A DNA stretch of 64,000 nt from positions 10,354,001-10,418,000 of the forward strand of contig CM119383.1 of assembly GCA_051294905.1 (NCBI GenBank), written 5' to 3'. The translations under genes and the position numbers were made by a program. The notes below the pieces were generated by a model that did not search any database, was not told the origin of the DNA, and worked only from the letters and a program-made list of their open reading frames with translations. The DNA is from Botryllus schlosseri (taxonomy: Eukaryota). Shown in pieces: positions 47,911-61,264 of this stretch. Positions within the stretch are counted from its first letter, which is position 1. Every line of letters starts with the position of its first letter.

Positions 47911-48202
47911 CAGTGGTTCTTGAAACTTTTTTAGACACGCATCCTTTATGAAAATCCAAAATTTCGCACCCCCCTTATCGTTATATCAGAAACCGGAATG
48001 CTAGCAATCCAAACGGATAGTTTGATGGCGTGGAAGATTATGACTGTCGATGGGAAAATTCTTGAATATGAAATTCGGACTATTCACAGAGTAAAAAGTA
48101 TGAATTGGAGGTAAATCGCGCAGAGCCCAAATTTTTTTCTGTTGACCACAGTTTCGCGCCCCCCTTCAGATGCTTTCACGTCCCCCAGTTTGAGAACCAC
48201 TG
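47911..48202. mobile_element. hAT MITE
   Basis: CAGTGGTTCT ... GAGAACCACTG; perfect TSD TTATAGAG. Confidence 0.9.
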
Positions 48203-48956
48203 TTATAGAGCTATGATAATGTGATGGACATTAAGATGTATAAGCAGAAATAATGACTGCTACCAACTCATGGAAGGTTGACTGAAGTTCCCACATTCAT
48301 GATAGGATCTAACGACATGGCTCAAAAGTGATAGCCTAACATACTTGTTTTTGCAATTCGGCTCATTGTTAATGGTTGCAATCATCTGCAGCAGATAACA
48401 GGCAATAGCATAATGCAATACAGTTCAATGCAAAGAACGCAATAGAAGCTACATCATTTGGGCTTTCCCACTATCCCAGCCAAAATTGAAAGCAGTACTG
48501 ATTGCCCTATACATTTATAATTTTATATAACAAAGTACAATAGCTTTTTTACATAATATTAACTATATAGGTCACGTTGAAATCAAGCAGCTAAATATTG
48601 CACAGGATGGATATCCCAAGAAAATTCCCGTAAGATATAGTCCTTGATATGAAATTGGACGGGCAGTACTAACGATCACGCAACAGGATCGATTTGTCAT
48701 CGCAAACATCATGAATCTTTGCCCTTCAACTTGATAATTACACAAAAGTTGCTGGAATAACATAGAATCGGTGAAATTTATAGATACAGTACCGTCAGTT
48801 CGGAACATAAACATAGGCAATTTTATTCAAACTAACAACTTTATTAAATGTGATGAATATTGGTTTTTGACTCATCATTGATATATGACGATCACCAATT
48901 CCTGCCAGTTGAAATCAAGCTCATAGTGTGCACCGACATTGTGACATCTAAAAGTT

Positions 48957-50246
48957 TCAAGCAGATTGCATCACAGTTTTAAACCGACTCCATGAAGACT
49001 TTGCTTCTTTTGACATTTTAATTTGCAATATGACGTAATTCGTAAGGATTTCTCTCAAATCGATCTGCTTCTGACGTTTAAATTTTAGAACTTCCTCCTT
49101 CGCTTGCATGGCAAAATCATCCGATATTTTCTTCTTCTCGTCCACTTCTTCTGTTAACTTTTTGATGGTTTCTTGGCATTTCGCGAGTTTCGCTTCCTTC
49201 TGTTCCGGAGTATCGCCTCCGAAAAGTCTCGCCTTCATGCCGCTCAGATTAAATTTAGCCGCACCGCTCTCTATCTGTTGCTTTTCAATGTTAGCTCCCT
49301 GCAATTGGCTTTCGACATATTCAGCGTCGTACTGCAAAGCTTCGTGCTTTTTTATAATTGCTTTCAAGGAATTGCCGTAGTTGAAATACTCTTTCAATTG
49401 CTCTGCATACAGTTCTTCCTCCTCCATAAGACTGTCGATAGACTCCGAATATTTGTCCATCTCCAGAGCACATTTTCTCAAAGCTTCCGCCATCGAAGCG
49501 TCTTCGATCTGACTCCAATCTTTGAAAATTCTTGAATAATTGGAATGTATTTTGTATAATGCATACACTCTGTCGGCTAGCTTAGCGCGGGCTTTCAATA
49601 CAGCAGCAATGCTGGCCTGTAGGTCATTTGAGAACGCCTTCAGGTCGTCAAATACCGGGTCTATTTGCTTGACTCGTAGTGATGCGTTTAACGTCTTCAA
49701 CCACGAATCGGCTTTAGCTTGGTAACCAGTAGCCAAGACACTTTCTCTCCAATTTTCTTCCAATCTTAAAAAGGATAATATAATATCATCTTTAACCTGC
49801 ATACTGCAAATTCGGTGCAAGAATGCTTCCAATCCAGCTCTACGCCGCTCAAGGAACTCCGGGTCAAACACGTCTGTTGTCATTTTGGTCCAAATATGAG
49901 TTATTCTCTTCTCGGGCAATGGCGGTAAAATGATCGCTGGATAAGTGACTGCCAAGTAATTCCTAAGCAGTTCAAATTCACTGTATCTTCTCCACACCGA
50001 GGAGACAGGCAACTCCGACGCCTGATCAGCTTCATCACGTGGCTTCGTTTCCACAAGGTATGCGACATAAGTGTCTTGCATTTTTAGTCCAGTTTTGCTG
50101 ATCACACGCTTTTCTGGATCTTGCACAGTGATTGTCATCATGTCAAACAGCGTTTCAAGTTTTCCGTCACCTTTTTTTTCATCGCATGAAATCTCTGCTC
50201 CCTCTTCGTCAAACATGTCATATTCACCATCCTCGACGTCCGCCAT
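48957..50246 (-). CDS. SNX4: Sorting nexin 4 (PX-BAR), single coding exon, 429 aa
   Basis: PX domain VWRRYSEFELLRNYL..PPLPEKR..FLERRRAGLEAFL; GYQAKADSWLKTLNA, RAKLADRVYALYKIHSNY and KARLFGGDTPEQKEAK match SNX4. Confidence 0.95.
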   Translation of the reverse strand: MADVEDGEYDMFDEEGAEISCDEKKGDGKLETLFDMMTITVQDPEKRVISKTGLKMQDTYVAYLVETKPRDEADQASELPVSSVWRRYSEFELLRNYLAVTYPAIILPPLPEKRITHIWTKMTTDVFDPEFLERRRAGLEAFLHRICSMQVKDDIILSFLRLEENWRESVLATGYQAKADSWLKTLNASLRVKQIDPVFDDLKAFSNDLQASIAAVLKARAKLADRVYALYKIHSNYSRIFKDWSQIEDASMAEALRKCALEMDKYSESIDSLMEEEELYAEQLKEYFNYGNSLKAIIKKHEALQYDAEYVESQLQGANIEKQQIESGAAKFNLSGMKARLFGGDTPEQKEAKLAKCQETIKKLTEEVDEKKKISDDFAMQAKEEVLKFKRQKQIDLREILTNYVILQIKMSKEAKSSWSRFKTVMQSA

Positions 50247-51325
50247 CGCGACACTATGAATTGAGTGTTGTGCGTGTGGACGCTCAAATGAATTTTACAG
50301 TTGTATTCCGACGATACACCTTACAACGAAACTATGATATATCTTGAATCAAAACAAAAAGTTTACAGTACAGCAGCTGCTGTTCTTCAGAGTCCAGATC
50401 AGACCCAGCTCCTGTATGATATCTGTTGGCTTGCTGCCAGCCAGACTATGACAACTCCGGAATCTAATTCCCATCTAATTTGTGAAATGTTATGCTCTAA
50501 TTTCATTTCTAATGCAATTTCTGGTTTTCCTGAAAATGCTAATACATGAGAACTGCATACGAAATGAGCCAAGCCCACGCTTAGAGGCTTAGTGTATACA
50601 GACAGTTGCCGGTCTCATGATCGTGAGAATGAACTCTAATTTGATAAGAACTTAACTTGAGTTTTGTATTATTTATGTCTAATTCCGTAATTCGGAAAAG
50701 GTTTTGCGAATTCTGATCTAATACTGACTGATTGACTGGCTGAAAACATTAACTCTGGTTTGCGAGCATCATCGAGTGGACGGATAGCCAAATAAGCCAA
50801 TGCATTTTTGGGATCTGTGATGTAAACTCACTCTACCCTCTCAATGCTCTCATTCCTGTCGCTTCTTTCATCATTCCATATTCTCTGATGCGTTGTCTAA
50901 ATATTAAAGTATTTTCTTGATAACTAAAAATACTTACATGAAGAGTGAACACGGTCAATGTGAACTTTGAATACGCCATCAGCAACTGGATCGTATGCTA
51001 AGATAATAGGATGATCAAAGAGATTATAAGGATATCATAAAATCATCGTCATCCCAGTCACTCCTCCTCCTCCTCCATTCTGTTCACCAATGACGATGAT
51101 GATGATGTGTCATATTTTATAAATTTATGGTCGCCTAACTTCGCAGCCATCGCGAACGATAGTCCTTCCATACCGCTTTCATTCTTGAAGCCGTCGAAAA
51201 TGTTTTGGCACAATTTTGCGGCCCGCTTTGCTTCAGCGTTTGCGAAATCGGCTCGACCGAGGTATGGGTGTGCGTCGTTTCGAGTTCAGGTAGGCTATAC
51301 AAAGTTGCGGTCATTCTTGCCAGGC

Positions 51326-54300
51326 ATGTCTCTGTCTGACGCAGAACTGCGTCGTCAACTCAAAACATACGGCGTAAACCCTGGACCGATTATTGACTCA
51401 ACCCGCGGCATATACCAGAAACGATTGGACAAACTAAAAAATGAGCGAGTGAGTACGGTATCATGAATCAAGCTGAGTCTCATCTGCATTGCCCGTACAT
51501 GATGATTATTGGTCTTGTGCATATTCAGAAAGTGAACTCCTCTCCGTTCGCGAAAGATGGAAGGTCCAGTAGCACTCCGGTTAAACTCGAAACAAATCGC
51601 TCGAGAAAGCGTTCCAAATCCCCTGTTCTTCGATCCACAAGAAGTAACCGGAATTTAACCAAGCTGGCAGGATATAGCACAGATGAAGATGATAATAAAG
51701 GTGAGACACCAAGTTGTTAATGTGGCTTTAAAGACTAGTTGCAAAAATCGCAAGCTATAAGATAGCAATAATATAATAACTGAAGTATTTACTAGTTACT
51801 ACAACCTCAACAATATCCTTCGGGGGCAAGTTACTCCCTGGATTGTGTGTGTACTTGCAAGTTTTACTGTGAATACAGAATATATTAATTTATGGAGCGC
51901 CAAATATAGCTATATATCATCCCTCTGCTAGGACACTACATATTTGTGCTTGAAGTTAGTCCAGCAAAATTGCTAGCCTATACTATGGTGTCCCAACTGT
52001 GTTGTCACCTATTGGTGGTAGGTTGATTATCTATAAAAAAAATGTACTATACCTTTCTTTAAATGCATAGCCGACTGGTGCTATCTTAGTGTTGATTTTG
52101 AAATTCCACTGTTCCCTTTCAGGTATTAGCAAGAGTTCGGAAGGCAGGCCATCGCCATCTCGCGCTGGCAAGAAAGATTCGAGAAAAAGCGTTTCCATAA
52201 CAAAAGATCTTCATGCCATCGGCTCTTCTCCGGCTCGCAAAAGGGTTTCGTGGACTCCCAAAGCCACAAGATCGTCGCTGCGTTCGATGAAAACAAACTA
52301 TACACCGAAGCCGCCTGCCGAGAAGTATTCCGACGACTCGGATGACGCATCGGAACGTAGCAGCTTGGACAGTTTTGTGGAGATGGAATCAACCGAAACA
52401 AACACTACTCCCAGTTTGCAAGGCAGGCGGAAATCGGCCGATCTCCGCCTGCAGAAGATCCGCGACGAAATCAAAGCGTGGAAGAGAGAGGAAGATGTAA
52501 AACACTCGATCTCTCCGGCGAAATCTAAAAGCAACGGAATTTCCGCATCCGCAATTGTCACCCAAGAGAACAATGTCGCCAGCGCTGACGCGCGCAGCTC
52601 GCATTGGCCTTTGAGCTGTTCTAGTTTTCTACCGATCGGGACCTGCGTATTCTTTGTTGTGCTGGGATTGCTGTACGTCACAATGAGATACGATACCGCG
52701 TTGAACACAAGTAAGCGTGCCGTGTTCCGTAGTACTGGACTTCAATATACAATCAAATGATATATTCATGTTGATATTAACCCGAATACTTTCAGCTCAC
52801 ACTCATCAATGGTAATCGTCAGCAACTGGTAGAGTGATCAAAAGCATGTCAACAGTCGTATTACCAAATATGACGTCATTGGCATATAAATTTGAATATT
52901 TGTTTTGAACATGGCTTAGGTAGGGTTACCATACGTCCTCTTTTAAGAGGATTGGTCCTCTATTTTGACATTTTTGAAAGTGTCCTCGGAGGTGTGAAAG
53001 TGTCCTCTTTTTGAAAACTTTGTTCAAATGTAGGCCTACCGTATGTTAAAATTCGACTGAGATATAGGAAATTAGTACTCAAGTAACGTTCCGGCGGGTA
53101 TTTCGGTAGTCGAGCCAGAATGTTGACCTTTTTTTAGTCAGTCAACGGAGAATTCAGTGTAAGTGTATTTTCCTCTTGGAGTCGAATCGGAAAAAGTACC
53201 TTTTTTTAGTCAACCAACTACAAATTCCCAATAAATTTACCAATTTTTCTGGATTTTACTCCGGTATTGTAAGTCTGGAAAATTTTGAAGTGTCCTCTTT
53301 TCTGATTTCCAAAATATGGTAACCCTAGGCTTAGGGTCAATGTAGGCCTACTATTTTTTCACGATGGCGACGAGAAAGAAATTACGTCTCTTGCCCTGTT
53401 TGCCTTCCGTTTATTCTCATTTTCTGCAAGTAACATTGATTTTTTTAATTTCAGGAGAATCCATCGCCTTCACGTCGCCAACGGTTAGAATTTCCATTCA
53501 TTTATTCGGCCGATAATCGACACGGTGGTTACGCTATCCCTTTTTACCTTGCAGAATGAAAACGCGAAATTCCGTGCACTACTGGCGAGATTGCACGACT
53601 TTGTGGCTACCGACGCAGGTGAATTTGTGTTGCTGCCATGGAGATGTGAAATGTTGTTATGAGTTGATTACAGGCGACAGGATTTGCGGTTATAAATCTG
53701 ACGAAGGAATGATGGAAGTGTCGACCTTGCATAATTCTTTGAACATAGCTCTGGTAAAACAGTTTTGCGAGTATGTGATTATGTACGTCAATCGCTAACT
53801 CTGTTGGCTGTCGCACAGGGACCGGATAAGCATGATTTTATCGGTGCGTGCCGGGTATTTGTCGAAAACGATTATGGGATCGATTTTTACGACCAGTCCA
53901 ATGATCGTATCGTGGACGTTAAAAGGTAATGTGATAATTTGTTTTGCAATATAGATCGAAAATCTTGTCCTAGTTCCACAATCATAAACGCCATTACAGG
54001 GCAGCTGATTCCGAATTTTGAGGGGTCACATCATGTATTGGTGAAATTGGGTTGCCCGACATGAGCATGCGACACAATGGAAAACGACAATTCAGCATGG
54101 AACACATCAGCATGCGTCACTTCAGCATGTGACTGTATAACCCAAAAACTTACATAACCCGAAACATAGCCTAACCTGACCTAACCTAAAGCCTAACCCT
54201 AACCCAACCATAAATCCAACCCTAACCTACCCCTAACCCGTAATTTAACCCAGTGGTTCTCAACCGCCGGTCCGCGGACCGGTACCGGTCCGCGACGACA

Positions 54301-57300
54301 TTCCCGCCGGTCCGCGAGGAATATTACAATTTTATACTTTAATTTCAAGATTCAATGTTGAAGGCTTGTCCTTTGATAAAATAAATAAAACATCTAATTA
54401 TAAACTGATTCATAACTTCGTGAGGTAACATTAGGGCTAGAAACATGTTCGATTTGACTTAAAGTACAAGACAATTCATTTGACGACATGCGAGCGACAA
54501 ATACAGAACAGATACGAGCTCACTCATCGCTAAGCAGCGCAGTTTGATCATCGGTTTTCGATTCATTTATGTTGTGCAGGACCATAACTGGGGCACCCCA
54601 AACCGCCCAATTGGAGAGGGGCCGAGCTTGAAAAGGGCCCAAAATTATTTCGCAAATGAATATAAATCATAGCGTTTTATTTGAAACTTTTCCAACATTT
54701 TTCAATTTCTTTTCAGGCTTTGCATGATTTAGTGTCCCTAAATGTATTGCTTATTAGGTGCCCTTCTCCGAGAAATACGCATGATTTATAGGCATTTCGG
54801 CGTCAGCCATTGCCGCACCACGACGTATCCACACATAATGAAGATTAGGTTAACATATGGGACTCCGAAATTTGGGCCTAAAATTCGACCACGAGAAAAG
54901 CGCTTCAGTCGTGAATGATCGAAAATTGTCGCCATTGTCGCGATAAGCTACGTAAACTCTCTGCTTACGCTGAGTAGAATGGATGTGATCACAAGTACAG
55001 GTGAAAACATCCACCCAAGTGTAGGGTCTTGGGGCGAAACCCCCGGAAGTTTGACTTATCGCCCTGTGGGGGCCCCAAGATCTACGTTTTTGGGGGTGGG
55101 CTGACGAAGTGCTTTTTCGGCCCGGCTTTGCGGAAGGCCGGTATAGCTGCTGTAATGTTTTTTCTTGCGGCACGCACTGTATTCGCAGTTGCCGGAGTAG
55201 CCTGCGTCTGGTGGCAGTGGGCAATGAGCAAGGTAGCACGACAAGGTGCTTGGTTCAACTCCTATACGCTTCTTCTCTTGATATTGCCGGTCGGTATTGA
55301 GTTGGCGTGGCCGTTAAAACCCACGGCCTTTGGCGCGAAAGACTGTAAACGACTCTCAGCGGTAGCACGTTTATCTGGACAAGGCAATTTTACCTCGGCT
55401 TGGCAGACTCACTACCATAAAATCACATGGATGCCATCATGAGAGTTCCATTCTTTGGATTAGGTATGAAAACTGGGCTGTGCGGCTGTAACAGAATGTA
55501 AATCAACAGAATGTAAATCGGAAAATTGAGTCATGGTATCGAGGCTCTGGTCATAGTGAGTTGGTCGGGAAGATAGTTTTTGTTGTTTGACCTGCCGATT
55601 TATCTGGTAAACGTACTGTTGTGGATAAGTTTTTTGCTTGCTCATTGAAATTCGTTATTAAATACGTAGCGAGTAACGGTCTGATGCGTTTTGGAAACAT
55701 GAGCTTGTTGTTATTCAAATCCTTTGAAATTCCAGCACTTATGTGGAAAATATGTGATGGATTTCCGCCCGGTTAGATGCCATAAGCTTTGGGGTCTCCG
55801 CTAACCAGACTGTAGGATCAAGAAGGGATTATTGTACCGTCCCTCTTGACTTGGGTTTGAAAATACCATTGGCTAATGCGAATAAAATTCTCATTTGTCG
55901 GCATATCTTGCGTTTTCATCCTAGGCCTGTAGATATTCTAAACCATGTACTTGCCTGATGGCTTGCTAGAGATTGTCGCAAATTGCACATGCATTTAGTA
56001 TACGGCGGGTTCTGTGTCAAACTAGCTACACATACCACTTAATGGTGGTCAGTAAATAAGTACTTTTGCTTTTTCAAAGTACTCAAGTAGGCTCTGTCTT
56101 CTTAAACTACCTGGTTATGATTTTGGGCTACTTCTACTTAACATTTTTTGTGCTTTTAGGCAAAACTAGGGATATACTACCTACTTTTTAATGTACTTGT
56201 GCTTGAGTTGAAATATACGACTCTTCTTCTACCGAATCTACCGTACTTGTGTACTGATGATGACTACTTTGAGTCTTTAACCACCTCTGCATGTCTCAGG
56301 TGTCGCGACGCTTATTACGTGAAATCCGAGTCGGCCGTGCTTAGCGGCTGGTGCCGGTTTACTCGCGCCGTACAGAAAGTGTTTCTGAGGATAGTGTTCA
56401 CCGCCGCTGGTAAGTTTGACGGGTGTTCTGGTGTTGATGTGTGGACCGACGTTTTTGTGATTTTTCTCAATAGCTGGCGTCGCCATCTGGCTTGGGCTTG
56501 TTTACCGCAAATTCCTCTCACAAAAACGGAAGGAGGAACGAGAAAAGATGTTTGTTGTCGTTCAAAAAATTATTGGTGAGTACGGCAGCATTGGGTCGAT
56601 CGATTGCGTTCTCAACTGTGTCGCCACAACGCGAAATGCAATACTGTGTCTGTGATCTGTTTTGATTTATTGCGTGTTAATTTGTCGTGTTGCGATTGAG
56701 TGCTAGTTATGTGTGTTCAAATGCTTGGGAATTTTTTATTAGTAACTGGGCGATCCAAGTATTCAGCTGCAAGTCGAGTATTTGAGTGTTGCCTCTTGTG
56801 ACGCGGTAACAGTATTACCGGTACTGATCTGGAAAGTGCAATGCTAGTTGCACGTGATCATAATCATTTTGTCCTTCTTGACAATGCCTACTTTGTGACA
56901 TTTTATAACAACACTGCTGTCTGATCAGTTACTCCCTGAAATGCTAATTCCACGAGCATGCCCTTCCTGTGATGACAGCAGGCTACGTGTTCTGGAAACT
57001 GCAATACGACCAACTGAGGTTTCGTAGCTCCCATGGAAGAAGGAGATATGTTGATTAGTTTTAGTATGAAAAATGTATATTATTTGCTACTGAAACTATA
57101 TTTTACGTTGATTGAGTAACTGTTAGTAAGAAAAAGGTTTATTTTTGTTACTGTAAAAATCGAATCTCACTAATCGTCTCAAGTCATAACGATCAATACT
57201 CGACTCGGATTTGAGATGTAATTTCTGAGAGTAACTTTTATTTTCAGATGTTCTGCGTCGACAGTACGAGTTATCAGAACACAACGGATCCGTACCGCCT

Positions 57301-60300
57301 TATCTGCCAATACTGCATGTTAGAGATATGATCATACCGCCTAAAGACAGGTATGTTGATTGAAATTTGACTGTAGCAACCGCAAATGTTATTCTTGTTA
57401 TGTCGCGGCAGAAAAAAGATGGCAAAGATCTGGGATCGGGCGAAGCATTTTTTGTCGGCCAGCGAAACGCGGATTCGAGTCGAAAATCAAACGGTACAGG
57501 GAGAGGACTTCCTCGTGTGGCGTTGGATACAGGTGCGTGGTCGGCAAAATACTGATGTGTTCACTGGACGACTGTACTTGCTCTTTGTCGTACATTCTCA
57601 AGAAGTATAGCCTAATGCGTTCCCAAATATATAGGATTTTCAATATCAGGCTAGGGAGTTTCACAATTTTTTATGCAACTCAACTCCGTAGTCTTGCAAG
57701 TAGGACAATATTTTGTTGCAGTCAAATCCGTGGAAAGTTGCGCTCTTTTTTCACAAAAGTTGCATTCAAGGACAAGTTCCTCGAAATTATTAGGGTGTGA
57801 GACGCTCGAACTGTTCCGTATTCAAGGCACTGTAGCTAAACTGAGTAAACTCAATGACATTGGTGACTTCAACAAAATCAATCGCCTGAAAATATTGACC
57901 CAGTGAAAATATGATTTTTGGCGGTCTACGTCAAATCAGAAAGGACTTCAATTTTAAACGACGGTGAAATAATCGAGCGATCTATTTACATACAGTGCCA
58001 AATATTTCCAGTAAACAGGTAGTAGCATAAAAAGTCGAAAAAACTTGCAAGAACTTGCATGGAAAATCTAAAAAGTTTCAAAAAGTTGCATGAAAAAATG
58101 AAGAAAAGTTGCAATATATGATTCTTCCAAACAGCTTAAAACACCATACATACTACATAACTTTGTGAGTATTCAAGAAGGTGCCGGAAGTTGTAAAAAA
58201 AGTTGCGAAAACTTGTTCTTCTCATAAGTGTTCTCAAGTCCGACTCGTGACTGTTCACATTCACATTACGACCATGCAAAATTTGACTTGACGTCCCGGC
58301 TCTGAATCCAACTCCTCGACCCTGTGCCACTATCAGAGCCATCTGTGGACATGCTACGAGTATTTGTTGTTGAAAATATGTTTACGCGGGTGAATGAGGG
58401 AGTATCTCAGTAGGTAGATTGCGTTGTGGATCTCCACAGAAGCTTTCTGACTGCGATAAAAACCGCAAAGTGCTCACGTAGACAAAACGTGGGTTGTATT
58501 ATGTTCTCAAGTCGAATTCTCACTCAAGTGACTGATTGCATGAGTTGTATATAGGACAAGGTGCAATGATTCAAGACCCAGTTGTAAACAAAAAAAATAG
58601 TGCACCGGCCCAGCTATTCAGCTGTACCTTTTGTTATGAGTTGAACGAGCGACAATTGCACAGGCTTCTTCACCGAGTAAAAGGCACACCCCCACTTCGC
58701 GGCTATGGCAGGGGGAAGCGTTCGACGTCACGAAGGGCCCGATGATTTGTCCGACCCCGTGTCTGAAGATCAGAAATGTTTTCAATCCCTCCGAGTAAGT
58801 CGCTATGCTAATTTCTCTCTACGTAAGTCCATCAATACTGTGGCAGCGTTATTTTGTGCGACCTTATACAAGCCAAAGTGGTGGCGAGTTATCAACGCTA
58901 GAACCGACCTAGAAAACGTCTGTTGTCATCTTTTCATTCACCTATTTCGATTGTGAATGAGATCGTGTCGCGTAAAGACGAATCACAGTATAAGGAAGGT
59001 GTTCTCGCCATGAAATGGTGACTAATGTTCATCTTCTTTTCGAATGCGTTTCTTCAATGGAAATGGTCCTTGTGCGAGTGTAGGGAACCAGTCGCATTTG
59101 ACGATTTGATAATCGATTTCGATTGCCCCTGTCTGGTCGATGGCAGCGCTTTCAGACGCTGCTTTGCCTTTTGTCACATGTCGATTACAGGTACTTTCTG
59201 TCGAGATGCCACACCGGACAAGTAGCTGGCCTAGGCCTACTCACTTACAACCAATGTGGGAGTCGTTCAGCAGATGAGAGGAATACGCTGCTAGCCAATT
59301 AGTATTCCAACGACTCGGCACAATGTCAAAACTCTGTGCGATTGCCTCGATGTGAATACAAGGAGTATATTTTTCTCCGTCGCATATCTCTTTTGTATCA
59401 ATTGTATGTTTTTTCCAGTGTCAAGATGGCATGTAAATGCGTTCAGGTCGAAACCTTGAATCTTCGCGTTTAGAAGTAAAATTCAGCTGTCAACAGTGCA
59501 TTAAGGTTTATCGACTTGAAGAACTTTATTGTGCCTGTTGATCTTGATAAGAGGCAAGCAAAAAGTTCTTCAAGTCATAAACGTTAGTATGAGTGTGCTG
59601 TTGGAGCTGTGTGGAAGTTCTGTACCACAAATCAGTTATAGTAGTAAAATTACTGATAATTACAATAGTATAGCAAATTTTAAGAAAAACACAAGTTGCA
59701 TCTAGTTATTTATTACGGTGAGCCAACTTACTACTGGCACACAATAAAGATTTCTCACATCGGCCAAAGAATTGAAGCAGTGGAGCATGCATAGACCATA
59801 GTAAAGAACATATGCTATTTCCAGGTATCGCGTTTTAGCAGAATACCGTAAATTCCATGTAGAATCTGTTGCTCGGATGCACCCCAAGACTATATCACTG
59901 TTTTGAAAAACTTGCAAACCGAGTTCACATCAGCATGCATTCCTGCTATGAAACGCGCCACACTTATTTAATCTCCCTTATCTGCGAGCAATTCATTGAA
60001 AGGTCGACTAGCCTGCTGTCTAGACTATGACTCATGCGTTATTTTTATAGCGATATTGCTGGCGTGCTGCAATCTTGCATGCCGCCATTGTAATAACCGA
60101 TATCCAGCGTAACATTTGAATGATTTAGGGAGAAGGACAAGAACTGGATTGAACAAATACAGGACTCCATATTGGAGAAATGCCAAGGAAACAACGAGAT
60201 ACTGCGCATATGCGTGGAAAAGGACTCCAAAGAGGTTTGACTAATTATATTAAACCCAAACTTGGAATTAATATTGTATCATACAGGGTTGTAATGACTC

Positions 60301-61264
60301 GAATCGAGTCACAATTTTCTGATTACTCGACTTGACTCGAGTCATTTTCGCAAAATTCAGAAATGACTCGACTCGAGTCAATCTGTGTATTGACTCGACT
60401 TGAGTCATTGCGCGTGACTCGGACCTAGTCATATAACTCGAGACTCAAGACGGCCAAGACCGACATTTCATTGTAATTTCGAAGAATAGTAAACTTACCA
60501 CGCTATTGGGATTTCGTCTATTGGTACTGGTACTCGAAAATGCGACCAGAAACTGCTAAAAGTGAGGAAAATTAGTATATCATAAATGGGAACCATTTGA
60601 TATCGATAAACAGTTATAAAAAGTGGGTTAACAAGACTTCAACTGGAAACTGAGCAGTCAACACTATGACTTGGACTCTGACTTGGCTCGGTGGTGAATT
60701 GAAAATGACTCGACTGGACTTGAGTCAAAACTATGAAAGTAAGATTGACTTGTGACTCGGAGCCTTGTGGCTTGGTTACAACGCTGGTATCATGCCCACA
60801 TCTGGTTACACCAAGTCTTGTGAAAATTATGAATGTTTAAATTAGAATACGTTAAATCCTAACTCAAAGGTAATTTTGTATCATGCCGAATATGCCCATG
60901 TCCGGTTAAGCTCAGTCCTCTGTAAATTATGAATATTTACCGTACATTAAATCATATCAAATCCAGATTCAAATTATTGAAACGAGTCGCTTCCCTCGTT
61001 CAGGGTCTGGTCTACATGTTGTGCGCCACAAATGAGGCAGCGGGCCGCGCCTTTCAGGCCCTGCACAGCGCGTGGTTCGATGGCCGCCTGATCACGGTGA
61101 AGTTCATCCGCCTGCACCGTTTCCACCACCGTTTCCCAGAGTCCGTGCACCAGTCCAACGTGCCTCTGCAGCCCACGTCCGACGTGCCGGTGTCCACCAT
61201 TCTCGCGTCTCCCGGTGAGGGCTCGCAGTTCGGGCGGTTGTATCCAACGCTGCCCGACGATTGA
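51326..61264 (+). CDS. LEMD3: Inner nuclear membrane protein MAN1 (LEM domain, two TM segments, MSC/winged helix, C-terminal RRM/UHM), multi-exon
   Basis: LEM: [59 protein letters not shown] (~57420-57530); [16 protein letters not shown] (~58700-58790); DSILEKC (~60160); [26 protein letters not shown]. Confidence 0.94.
51816..51889 (+). mobile_element. Short 3'-end fragment of the R4/Dong-like family seen at 3883-5023
   Basis: GGGGGCAAGTTACTCCCTGGATTGTGTGTGTA..AGTTTTACTGTGAATACAGAATAT aligns with 4440-4510. Confidence 0.75.
52921..53327. mobile_element. hAT MITE with TAGGG termini
   Basis: TAGGGTTACCATA / TATGGTAACCCTA; GTCCTC repeats; perfect TSD GGCTTAGG. Confidence 0.92.
54049..54250. 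repeat. Partial copy of the 36537-37147 element with degenerate (CCCTAA)n tract, interrupted at 54251 by a hAT end
   Basis: GGGTTGCCCGACATGAGCATGCGACACAATGGAAAACGAC is the reverse complement of ~37105-37147; CAGTGGTTCTCAACC follows at 54251. Confidence 0.7.
56045..56289. mobile_element. Decayed MITE of the CAGAGGTGG/TACTCAAGTA family
   Basis: TACTCAAGTA/TACTTG motifs; terminus ACCACCTCTG complementary to the 9923 start. Confidence 0.45.
60284..60786. mobile_element. hAT MITE, sister of 35290-35819
   Basis: CAGGGTTGTAA ... TTACAACGCTG; TSD GTATCATA / GTATCATG; interior collinear with 35290-35819. Confidence 0.9.

Noticed and set aside
54160-54245. Interstitial telomere or chromosome-fusion scar
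   Set aside because: Short, degenerate CCCTAA tract embedded in a dispersed element that recurs at 36537-37147.
55029-55442. Hydrophobic 137-aa ORF in a LEMD3 intron
   Set aside because: Its 5' third lies in a GC-rich MITE-like end (~54580-55131); no recognisable family or splice support. The 55132-55450 segment remains unexplained and merits a BLAST.
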